The notes under the pieces are model-generated. The model saw nothing but the letters and a program-made list of their open reading frames with translations, searched no databases and had not been told where the DNA came from. A stretch of DNA of 64,000 bases, from assembly GCA_016748015.1 (NCBI GenBank), contig JAAOMT010000571.1, forward strand, positions 561,095 to 625,094, written 5' to 3'. Shown one piece after another: positions 27,313 to 39,037 of the stretch. Positions within the stretch are counted from its first letter, which is position 1, and every line of letters begins with the position of its first letter. The DNA comes from Geosiphon pyriformis uo1. Taxonomy: Eukaryota > Fungi > Glomeromycota. The translations under genes were made by a program, and so were the position numbers.

Positions 27313-28129
27313 TGTTACAGTTTAAGAATTTAATAAGAATTATAAATAATATAAATTAGCCAATCATGAAATAGCACAGCAACAATTTATAAAAAGAAAT
27401 AATTTACAAATAACAGTAAGCACTATCGTGCAATAGCAGTAAGCATTATCGTGAAAAAGCAGCAAGCACTATTTCACAATTGCAGTAAGCACTATTTAAA
27501 AATAACAAAAATAGAGTATTACAAGATATTATTTTGTAAAACAATAATTATATATATATACAATAGTTTTAATGATGAAAAAAAAAACAAGCTTCAACTA
27601 AGAGCAACAAATATCTAAATAAAATCTTATTCAAAAAGAATTAATAAAAATAATAAATTAAATGAACATCACAATTACAAGATTAATAATAAAATTCACA
27701 TATCCTCTCTAGCAAATGAAACTATCATTCCATCTTTGAACTCTTTGGAAGAATAATCTCTGATCAAGATTATTCACATGATTACTAATTAAATTGAAAA
27801 AGCTTTATTATATACTTAGAGAAATCACAAAAAGACCATTAACATTCTATGTTTCTAGATTAGAGAAACACATTAGACAATTGCAAGGATAGCCTCAGAG
27901 AAGACCCCAAACAGTGGGTAGATTTTAGATTAACCTCTGGGAAAAAGTACACAACATACAAAGACAACTAGAATTAAAGAAAAGACTTACATCACAACAT
28001 TAAGAGAAAACCTTCAGTACATTATCATTAATATCCAATACATAAAATAAAGGAACTCACAAAAGACTGATTGCAATTAAAAATGGGAGATCAACAATTA
28101 AAATATATCAAGAAAACCATCCCATAATA
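27313..28129 (+). repeat. 5' LTR of element C
   Basis: Direct repeat of 36120-36937. CCAAT at ~27361, 4 copies of a ~23-bp unit, then a TATATA box. Confidence 0.95.
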
Positions 28130-28211
28130 TTTAGTGAACCCTACAAAGAAAGAAAATCAAAAAGAAAATAATAATTAGCAATAATTCATTGCTAAAAAGG
28201 AAAAAACAAAA

Positions 28212-31200
28212 GTGGTAACAAAAACCCCTACTCTTACTGTTCTTGAATTCTGCCATGCTATTTACACACAAAATCAAAGTGATCTTGGATTACCAGAAGG
28301 GTGTTGTCCAGCAGAATCTGCTCTTACTTATTATATCAATGCCAGAATAAATTATTATATAGAAAAGGAAAAAGAACTACATGATGCAAAACTTGGATTG
28401 TATAAAGAATTATCACAATACATTACAAAGGAAGTAGCAGTAATAGCCGCAACTATTGTCAAAATCTATTGAGAAATTGAGCAATATGCCAATGAAAATT
28501 TTCTAATATCCACAGAAAACACTAGGGAACATGCCAACAAAACCAAAGAAAATTTAGAAACTAATCAGGAAAATAACCAGCAAAAACTAGAAACATCTGC
28601 TCAAACACCAAAAAAAACTGTCACTTAATCAATAAAGAAACAATGTATTTATTTACCAGAAAATAAATCATACCATTTTTCACCAGAAAATAAAATACAA
28701 ATTTCATTAGAAGCTGTATTATTATCAACATCAACTCCACAAATGCCAAGAACTCCTAGTTATATTGATAAAATTAAACAATGTAACTGGAGAGACATAC
28801 CAATTACAGAAGGATATTCATCACTATTCCAAAACCCTCTTTTTTAGCCAAAATTCAGAATGGGGTTTAAAAACCATAAAAAAGAGTCTGAATTAGAATC
28901 CGAAAAAGAAACCAGCAAAAAAACAATCACAAGACTGGTCATTGGAACAAGCAGCCAGTCCAGAAACCAAGAAACTCATGATCAAGAGAAAGAACTGAAT
29001 ATAAGGGAAGCCACCTTTAGGAATGCTCAAGAAAATATCATCTCATCTCTTCTTAGACCAATAAACCCACCAACAGGAAACAACGACAAAATAACCACAC
29101 CATACATCACACGATTAACAAATTTCTCAGGAGAGGAAGAAGAAACAGACATGCACACATGGCTTAGAGAAGCACAAAAAGCCATCCAGACAAATAACTA
29201 GAATAATCAAAGAGCAATTCAAATGTTATCTTTCTTCCTAAAAGACACTGCTGACTTATAGTATCAAAGCTTGGAAACAAAACCCATGAGCTTTGCTGAA
29301 TTCAAAGACACATTTTTGGAGTATTTTAGTGATCTAAATGCCATAATTCAACTGCAGAATAAATTCAATACTATCAAGCAAAGTACAGATAAAACTGTCA
29401 CCCAATATCTTGCTCAATTCAATCAAATTTGCCATCAGATTGAAGCGATTGAGCAAAGATACTATACTGATCCTTAGGTTTTAAATCAATTTATTAGAGA
29501 ATTAAAAAACAGCATTTTAGGAAGAGTATGTTCTGCCCACCTTAATTCCTTACCAGAAGCCATTACACTTACCAGAGCCCTTAAATCGGCTGAGAAAGAA
29601 GCTAACCATAGTCAAATAGTTAACATAATGATTGAGGAAAACAAGACAGAAACTTTAGAGAAGAAAGTAGCACAATTAGGGGAAGAACTCTCTAAAAAAA
29701 TAGAAAGTTATCTCATCTCAGACCCAGGAAGAAATAACACATACCAAACACCTTAAAGACGCAACCAGGAATTCAGTGGCAGCCAAAATAATTGCTCATT
29801 GTGTCAGAACTTCAGAATAGAAACATGTGTCTGCCATTTTTGCAAACACATAAGACATTTGATTGGCCAATATTGAACATGAATGATGCAAAAAGCACAC
29901 GAAAATAATTATTACATGCCTCCCCAAATGCTCAGAAATCAATACATGCCAATACCATGTTAATACTCCATTACATACCAAAATCAAAGAACTTACTAGC
30001 AATGACCAGCAATTCCAAATTCAAACTGGCATCCAGAGTTTTGAAGCCAGCCAATATTAAGTCAAAATGTGATTATTACTAGAAATCTTAATCACATAGG
30101 ACCTAATTAGCAAACAAATGCAAACTACCCAAACTATCCAAATTTCCAGCCAACTTATTTTAATATATCGGAAAACTTAAATTTCGGAAATATTAATGAT
30201 AATGTACCTGGAACCAAAAATATCACCAATAGCCAGAACTTGATTTAAACAATACTACCAACTGTTGTCACGGAAAATAGCAGCCTCACAGCTATTTTTT
30301 CTTTTGAATTAGAGGAAAAAAAGGCTATATTTAGTGGAGCAGCATTGGACAAGAAATGTCCAATCACTGCTATGTACATGGAAGCAAAAGTAAACAACAT
30401 GCCAATTAAACTCATCTTAAACAGTGGATCTGCCAGAAGCATTGTGACATTTCAACTAGTAAACCAACTGGGTTTCAAAGTTGATCGCACTACGATGTCC
30501 CAAATTATAACAGCCAATAGAAGTACCAAGCTGCCTTATGGCAAAATCAACACATTTCTTTTTGAAATTAATGGCATAATAATACCTACAAAAGTATTAG
30601 TAATGGACACTATACAATATCAAGTATTAGTAAGAAATAACTGGCTAATAAAAGCCAATGCCATATTAGACTGGACCACCCAAGAGTTTCTTATCAGCTA
30701 TAATGGCCACCATGCCAGAATTCCAGCCACATGTGGCCACTTTCAAAAACCTAGCACCAACCAAAGACCCACCTTCAAATTTGAGGAAAATCCAGTTCTA
30801 CCAGCCATTAAAACTTATTAGCTCTTGTGGACTGACGACCAAAGAACAGGACTACTGATCGTACCAACTTGGAGGAGCAAAAGAAGATCCAAATAGAACC
30901 AGGTAAGTCCACAAAGAAACTGCCAGCAAGGTAAACCAAAGTTAGAATGCTTGGTTTGCAATAAAAAACTCTCATCCATAACTGCATGCAGCACACCAGA
31001 CAAAGATCCAAGAAACCTCACCCACTACTATTGTAACTGTTGTAACAAAAAAAAATACGGTTATCCAGAAAGACATGAAAAATGAGACAAAGAACTATGT
31101 TTCACTTGTGGAAAACCATTGCCAAAAAGATGCAACTGGATCAACATGCCAGGCAAAGGAGGGATGTATAACACAACTTGCCAATACACAATCCTCATCT

Positions 31201-33938
31201 GTAACTGGATAAAAGAAGGAACGCTATTCAAAACAGCATTCAACAGAGCAGTAAGAAGACTGTAGCACTACTTATATAATAAGGATAAGTTGTACAACAC
31301 CACACAGGCCAAAGTAAGAGGAGGAACTGCCAAAAAAATACAACATTGGAAAGAGTCAGCCAAAGTAGTTAATGAAGTTGCCAGCTACAACATGTTTGAC
31401 CCAGTAGACAAATTTCAAGACTACTACCAACAACTATGCCTCACTCAACAAGAGCAAGAACAATACTTTGCCTAAATCAACACTTATCTTTATGAAAACT
31501 GTCTTATTCCGTGCCAAAATCAATGCTATGAAGAATGTCAAGACAAAAGGAACTTAGAAAGAAAAATGGAAATTGAGAATCAGCAGTCTCAAAATCAATC
31601 AATAAATCAACAAGACTCACCTGACAGTCCTGAGTCAGAAAAATTTGTAGCCTATACTGACCTAAAACAGGTGATCGACATCCGATATTATAACAATGAG
31701 CACTTAGGAATAATACCCGAAAGAGCCCATTCAACTGATACCGAATTCGATCTATATTATCCAAAAGACCAATCCACAATGTTACCATCCAGAAGCATCA
31801 CCAAAATTGACCTGAAAATAGCAGTTAAAATTTTGCCAAGAATAATGGTTCAAATAGCATCACAATTAAGTCTTGCGAAAAAAGAAATAAGTATTCAAGG
31901 AGGAGTAATTGACTCCGGATACACTGGAAATTTGATGGTTTTGCTACAGAACAATTCAGAAAAATTTTATATCATTAAATCTAAGAAGAAGATTGTACAA
32001 GCAATTTTTTTACCATTAATAAAAATTGGGAAATTCATGTTAGTAGAAAATTGTAAGGAATTGATACAAACAACAAGAAAAACTTTTGGTTTTGTATCGA
32101 CAGAAAAAAGAATTGAAGCAAATTTTGCTGAAACAATAGAAGAAAAAAGCAAATTAATTAAAACTGAGTGGTTAATCACACTCACGCCTTATGGAAAATC
32201 AGAAATTAAAATAAAAAAGACAATAAAAAATATAAATTTAATATTTGAGCCCTACTCAGAAACTTGCCAACAGTTTCCCATAGGACTTATTAACCTTTTT
32301 ATTCCAGCTGACAAAACACAATGGATAAAAATTCCTATTATGAATATTACAAAAGACCTCATATACATTCCAGAAAACACCATCATGAGATACCTTGAAA
32401 CGGAGCTAAAAAATGCATCAACACCACAAGAAATTCTAAATTTTCCAGAAATCGCCCTTTACTGTGAATTCACTTCAATAAATTGGCAACAACTGTTGGA
32501 ATGCTATCAATTTACACCAGAAAAATTGACCAAATTAAACATTAGAACAATGGATCCAGACCAATAGTGACAATTAAAAGCATTAATTTTAAAATACTCT
32601 AATATATTTTCATAAAATGGCAAATTTGGAAGAATCAACTTGGTTCAACACCAAATTCCCACTGGAAATGCCAGACCTAAAAAACAACATGCTTACTGTG
32701 TCCCACCAATAAAACATAATTTTATCAGAGAAAAAGTCCAAAGCATGTTGGAAAAAGGAATAATTCAATCATCAATAAGTCCATAGTCCTCACTAGTTGT
32801 TTTAGTAAAGAAAAATAATGGAAAAATTAGATTTTGTATTGACTATTGCAAACTAAACAGCAAAACAACCAAAGACTCATACCCAATACCATTAATTAAC
32901 AAAATCTTCGATGTTTTTGGAGGAGCAAAATGGTTTTCTACACTTAACTTGACCAGTGAATACTGGCAGATTGAGATGGACCCAAAAAACAGACATAAAA
33001 CAGCATTTACCACACAAAACAACAATTATTAATTTAATATAATGCCCTTTGGACTCACCAATGCCTCTGCAATATTCCAAAGACTAATGAATGTAATTTA
33101 CTTCGGAATTCTGTGACAATCCATTGTTGTCTACTTGGATGATACAAATGTTTTCTTGCCAAAATTTGCAGATCATCTCCAACATTTACAACAAGTTTTT
33201 GAGAGATTGAGACATATTGAACTTAAATTAAATTTAGAAAAATGTTTCTTTGGAAAAAATGAGCTAGCATTTTTAGGACACATAGTTGGAAAAGATGGAA
33301 TAAAACCAGATTCATTAAAAATAGACAAAGTGAAAAATTTTCCAGTACCTCGAAACATTTTAGAAGTTAGAAGCTTTTTAGGACTTGTATCTTACTACTA
33401 TTACTTTGTAGAAAACTTTTCAAACATTGCCAAACCTCTTAATTATCTACTATCCAAAAATGTGAAATTTAAATGAACCAAAACACATCAAAAAGCTTTT
33501 GAATACCTTAGGCAAAAGCTTATTGAATCACCAATAATAATCTATTCGGATTTCAACAAAAAATTCATTTTGGCCACAAATGTTTCTGGAATAGGACTTG
33601 GAGCCATTCTTTCATAAAAAGATGATAATGGAAGAGAACATGTAATTGCTTATGTCAGTAGAAGTCTCAGTATGGTAGAGCAAAACTACACAGCACACAA
33701 ACTAAAATGCTTAGCAGTAGTCTGGAGTTGCATTCACTTTGATACATATTTACAGTACAAACCCTTTGATATTACCACAGATTATAGAGGTCTGGTCTGA
33801 TTAAATAACAAGAAAACACTGAAAAGAAAATACACCAGATGGTCACAAATATTAGCACCATATGATTATATTATCAAATACAAAAAAGATATCAAAAATG
33901 CCAATGCTGACTGTTTGTTGCAAATGAGACACACATAA
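28212..33938 (+). pseudogene. gag-PR-Cys-rich-dUTPase-RT-RNase H polyprotein of element C
   Basis: ORF fragments 28860-29201, 30345-30821 (protease), 31566-32567 (dUTPase GGVIDSGYTG) and 33135-33476 (RT YLDD). Confidence 0.92.
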
Positions 33939-33969
33939 AAACCATCAAACAACAACCAATTCATAAACA

Positions 33970-35349
33970 ATGGACAATTACCTTTACAAAAATCTTAGCC
34001 AATACTTGAAAACACTACAGCTAGATGAAGACACATCGATAAAAAAACTAATTAAGTTCCAGAAATTATCAAAACATTATTTTATTCAAAATCACATACT
34101 TTATTACTGGAATCAACAAAATCCAGATAATCCATTGAGAGTTATAACCGAAAATGAAAAAGAAACTATCTTATTTAACATGCACTTAGATATCTATTCA
34201 GGCCACTTTGGAAAAAAAGCAACTATTCAACATACAACTAGTTATTATTATTGGCCAAAAATGCACTCAGATATTATCCAATACATAAAAAATTGTGATC
34301 TGTGCCAACAAAGAGAAGAAACAAAAACAACAGAACCACTAAGACTCATAAAAGTTGGACAACCATTTGATAGAATTGAAATTGATTTAGTTGGATTATT
34401 ACCAATAACAGCAAAAAACAATCATTATATTGCAGTAGCAGTAGATTATCTCACTAAATGGCCAAAAATCAGAGCCATTCAAACAGCTGATGCTATATCT
34501 GTAGCCCACTTTGTACATGAAGATTTAATTTGCCATCATGAATGTCTACAAGAATTGTTGTCAGACCAAGGGACACATTTTGTAAACAGTACACTAAATA
34601 AGCTCAGCCAAAGATTTGGAATTAAATGACCACTATTATCATCATATCACCCCTAAACAAATGGATTAGTTGAACGGTTTAACCATACACTATGTGAAGC
34701 ATTAGCCAAAATCAGCAATAAACATGAAAAAGAATGGAATTTGTTCATACCAGCAGTTTTATTAGCATATAGGACATTAAAACAAAATACTATACAATTC
34801 ACACCATTTGAATTGGTTTATGGAAAAAAGGCCATATTACCAATTAAACTTACTATTCCAATTTATCCAAATAAAATTATTACAGAAACAACATTCCACG
34901 AAATAATACTTAGAAGAACATATGAGTTAATAGAAATTTTGGAGAACAAAAGAAGAAAAGCAGCTCAAAATATTAAATAGTCACAAGCACAACAAAAAGT
35001 GAGACATAATAACCAGTTACCAGATAATATAATTAGCTATAAAATAGAAGACAAAGTATTGTTGCATCATACCAAAGCAGAAAAGCAATGAAGTGGAAAG
35101 TTTGACCACAAGTAGGATGAACCATTTTATATTTATGAAATACTTGGTAATAGAGCATACAAGTTAAGACTGGATGAGAAAATTTTAAGAAAAGCAGCAC
35201 ATGACAACCAGCTAAAATTATATTACAACAAACCAGTGATAACAACACAAACATTTAGAATTGGAACACAAATACCACTAGTATCACCAGATCAGATTCT
35301 GCGAAATTTAGAACCAGTAGTTTTAATTGAACATTATATAAAAAGATAA
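33970..35349 (+). pseudogene. Integrase of element C
   Basis: GHFG...YYYWP...CDLCQ; DLVGLL; SDQGTHF; NGLVERFN; C-terminal LEPVVLIE. Confidence 0.93.
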
Positions 35350-35434
35350 TTAATCTTAAATTACACCAAAAAACAGTTAACAAAGCATAAAAATACATGC
35401 AAAAGAGCCCAAAAAGCAGTCAAGAATTAAAACA

Positions 35435-36106
35435 ATGACATATATTCCAGAAAACATTAGTAAGTTAACCCAACAATTATGTCGAAGCTTACAACAATCA
35501 AATTCAGATTTGGAAATTACAATCAATAGTTCTGAGATATCATATAAAAGAAAAATAATACTAAATTCTATGATAAATGAAAAACCTAGTTTTGCACCAT
35601 ATACTACTATTGCCAAAAACAGTAACAGCTTTATTGACAAAACCATTAAAAATTTAGGAATAGCATTGGACAATACATTGATAACAGAAGAAATAAACAT
35701 AATAGAATTAACACCAAGTATATTTGAACAGCTGAAAGAAAAATTCCCTATTAATTATTGTTATTACCAATTGGAAAAACAATAAAACATACAAACATTA
35801 TACTCAAAAGATTTAGTCAAAGTATTCAGCAAAACAATGATACAACAATTGAAAAGTTTTATCGGAAAAACCAACAATATACTTTATATAAAAGCTGTTT
35901 ACAGAATTTTTAAGGCTTTCAAAAACTGTCACAAAGTACTATTGGATCCAACTATAAATCTTATAACAATTAATAGCATTGGACAATTAACTAATTTACA
36001 ATTTCAAAATTTACAACAACAAATTAATAATACAGTATTAGATTATTATAGTAATATAGAAATCAATGAAGAAATTAATTTCGATTTTGATGGAGCTCAA
36101 TTTTGA
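35435..36106 (+). pseudogene. ORF3 of element C (~223 codons, one internal stop; unknown function)
   Basis: ORFs 35435-35785 and 35837-36106 are in the same frame. Homologous to B ORF3; ends DFDGAQF* at the PPT. Confidence 0.78.
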
Positions 36107-36119
36107 AAGGAGAGGATAA

Positions 36120-36937
36120 TGTTATAGTTCAAGAATTTAATAGGAATTATAAATAATATAAATTAGCCAATTATGAAATAGCACAGCAACAATTTATAAA
36201 AAGAAATGATTTACAAATAACAATAAGTACTATCATGCAATAGCAGCAAGCACTATTGTGAAAAAACAGCAAGCACTATTTTACAATAGCAGCAAGCACT
36301 ATTTAGAAATAACAGAAATAGAGTATTACAAGACATTTTTTTGTAAAACAATAATTATATATATATACAATAGTTTTAATAATGAAAAAAAAAAACAAGC
36401 TTCAACTAAAAGCAACAAATATCTAAATAAAATCTTATTCAAAAAGAATTAATAAAAATAATAAATTGAATGAACATCACAATTACAAGATTAACAATAA
36501 AATTCACATACCCTCTCTAGCAAATGAAACTATCATTCCATCTTTGAATCCTTTGGAAGAATAATCTCTGATCAAGATTATTTACATAATTACTAATTAA
36601 ATTGAAAAAGCTTTATTATATACTTAAAGAAATCACAAAAAGGCCATTAACATTCCATGTTTCTAGATTAGAGAAACACATTAGACAATTGCAAGGATAG
36701 CTTCAGAAAAGACCCCAAACAGCGGGTAGATTTCAGATTAGCCTTTGAGAAGGAGTACACAACATACAAAGACAACTAGAATTAAAGAAAAGACTTACAT
36801 CACAACATTAAGAAAAAACCTTCAGTACATTATCATTAATATCCAATACATAAAATAGAGAAACTTATGAAAGACTGATTGCAATTAAAAACAGGAGATC
36901 AACAATTAAAATATACCAAGAAAACCATTCTGTAACA
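36120..36937 (+). repeat. 3' LTR of element C
   Basis: TGTTATA...TGTAACA termini, preceded by the PPT. Confidence 0.95.
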
Positions 36938-37491
36938 GCATGTGTTGCAGCTGTTATTATCATGTTCTTCTGGTTCTTCTGTGTTTATGGCTCTCTTTAA
37001 GAGTTTTGTTTTTGATGATTGGTTCTATGAGGCTGTTTCCATTTTTCGTGATCCCAAGGTTACTAGTATGGAGGTTGTTAAATTTGTGCACTCTATTAGT
37101 ATGGCTTTTAGGGATAATATCTGATTGATTCGCACTAAGCACCATACATATATGGAAAAAAATGGTTTGATTTCTCTTAATGGTTCAGCAATTATCCCAG
37201 TTTCTGGTTTGACTTTAGGGTTTTCTGCTGGTGTATTAAAATTGCTTGACATCACTGATGCTTTTGGTATGTGTTTTGGTTTTTGCAAATTTTGTTCATT
37301 TTTTTCAGGTGTTAGCAGCTCAATATCAGTTCATATAGCTATATAGTATTGTCCTGATTGGTCTGAATGGCTGGTTATATATAGAAAATACATAATTCAT
37401 ACCTAGTTTAGATTATTTTTTTGATGTATAGTATTAGACTGTGTTTGGATCTTACTTGTTAAATAAAAAAATAAAAAAAAAATTTGCCAAA

Positions 37492-38750
37492 AAAAATTAT
37501 ATTTAGTAATATAGTCAATAAATAATTTTGATTTATTTTGAGAAATATGTTATTATTATTGTTATTTATATTAAAAAAAAAGCTAATTACTACTAAAAAA
37601 ATTTTATTTAAAACTACAAAAAAATTTAGTATAATAATAACAAATATAAACAATTACTGCTGTTTTTTTAAGTCTTTGGTCTTTTTGATTATTAACAAAA
37701 AAGTAGTAATAATATTAATAATAAGAACAAAAAAGACCAGTTTATTAACTGGCTTATTATTAAAAACTTTTGGGCTTTTGGAAAAAAATAAAAACAATAT
37801 TAAAACTAATTCAAATATGTCTTTTAAAAAAATTTTTAACTAAAAAAAATTTATTAGTTAAAGATAAAAAAAACTTTAAAAGTTATTAAAAATAGCTTTT
37901 AATTTAATTATTGATTATTTTAAATAACTATATAAATAATATATCTCTTAGTTTTAAAAAAACATGTTTTAATATATAAGACATATACAAATCAAAGTAA
38001 TAAAAAATATTTTTAAATATTTAATCCTTTCTAATTTGTTTATTTTTTTTAATTTCTTTTAAATATTTGAATATTTTTGTAATAAAAAATTATTTATTAG
38101 TATTTATCTGTAATTATTAGTTTCGAAAATTATTAAATAAATATATTAAAAAATATAATTAATATTTAATATTAAATTCTAAAAGTATTAATATAAAATA
38201 TAAAAAGATATTAGTATATTATTTTTTGTTAATAGTACAGATTATCTCTTTACTTTCAAATTCTTTTATTGTTTTTTGAAAAGAATAGCAACTAAAATAT
38301 TTATGAGACTAATCTTGTATATTGGATTTTTACTAATTTAATTTACTCTTTGAAGTTGAATTCTTCTTTAATTATTTTTATTATTATATAATTTTATTCT
38401 ATTTTGCTATTGTTAGTTTATTACTCTAACTTGTAATATAAAATTAAGAAAAAAAAAAAGTTTTCTAAGCATTAATTTGTTATTTATAATAGTTTTTTTT
38501 AAATTTGGGTCATAAAAACTTTTAGTTAACAATATTATGTTCAAATAATAATATAATTCTTTAAACTTGGTTATATTAATAAACTGATTACTAATACTCA
38601 AATTAACTTTTTTTTTTAAAATTTTAAACTGATTAATTATTGATTTAAATATTCAAAAAGGTTATAAACATAAAATAAAAATTATTTAAATAAAATTAAT
38701 AAAATTATTTTTAAAAATAATTGTAATTTAATTTGAAAATAATAATAAGT
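37492..38750. repeat. Extremely AT-rich block, probably a terminally mutated TE relic
   Basis: Very few G/C bases; abrupt switch to CpG-containing promoter sequence at ~38755. Confidence 0.45.
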
Positions 38751-39037
38751 TAAGCCACTGTCGTGTTCCCCATGTGGGTTAATTTAATTTGAGCTTAGCT
38801 TATCAGATTGCAGCCTCGCAGATTGAATGAGAGTCGTGGGCGAAATTCATTCGCTATTTATTTCAACCTGTGATTGGTTGCGCATTATTATTTTGGTATT
38901 TTATGCGCGGATTTGTTAATCTATTTCGCTAAACTTTTTCCTCGTTCTCGACCGTTGTTTCGTTTTTTTCGTCTTATCCTGCTTGCCTTAATATTACGTC
39001 CGGCCTCCTCTCACTGGTTTACTATTGATACAAAAAT

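Larger units (their letters stand above)
27313..36937 (+). mobile_element. Complete Ty3/Gypsy LTR retrotransposon, family C (9.6 kb), degenerate
   Basis: LTRs at 27313-28129 and 36120-36937. Degenerate PBS TAGTGAACCC at 28132-28141, PPT at 36106-36119. TSD ACAT/GCAT. Same domain order as B. Confidence 0.97.
26658..37480 (+). mobile_element. 5'-truncated LINE of a divergent subfamily (copy 3), interrupted by element C
   Basis: RNase H C-terminus and CCHC at 26660-27312, resuming at 36938-37346, then 3' UTR and A-tail. Likely TSD AATTTACCAAA (26647-26657) / AATTTGCCAAA (37481-37491). Confidence 0.88.

Noticed and set aside
27414-27500. Repeat-spacer-like array (GCAGCAAGCACTAT plus ~9 bp) as a CRISPR
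   Set aside because: Units are too short, spacers resemble one another, it lies inside an LTR, and the context is eukaryotic with no cas genes.
3954-28141. Assigning specific primer tRNAs to the PBSs
   Set aside because: Host tRNA sequences are unavailable and the PBSs are mutated. TGGTGCTC suggests elongator tRNA-Met but cannot be confirmed.
35033-35349. Chromodomain at the integrase C-terminus
   Set aside because: The region shows a GPF/SH3-like segment and a LEPVVLIE tail, not chromodomain motifs.
35435-36106. ORF3 as a retroviral envelope
   Set aside because: No visible signal peptide, transmembrane anchor or furin/fusion-peptide pattern.
37459-38601. ORFs in AT-rich DNA (also 6806-7038, 50194-50418, 60538-60759)
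   Set aside because: I/K/N/F/L-rich translations are expected by chance from this composition or from LTR sequence.
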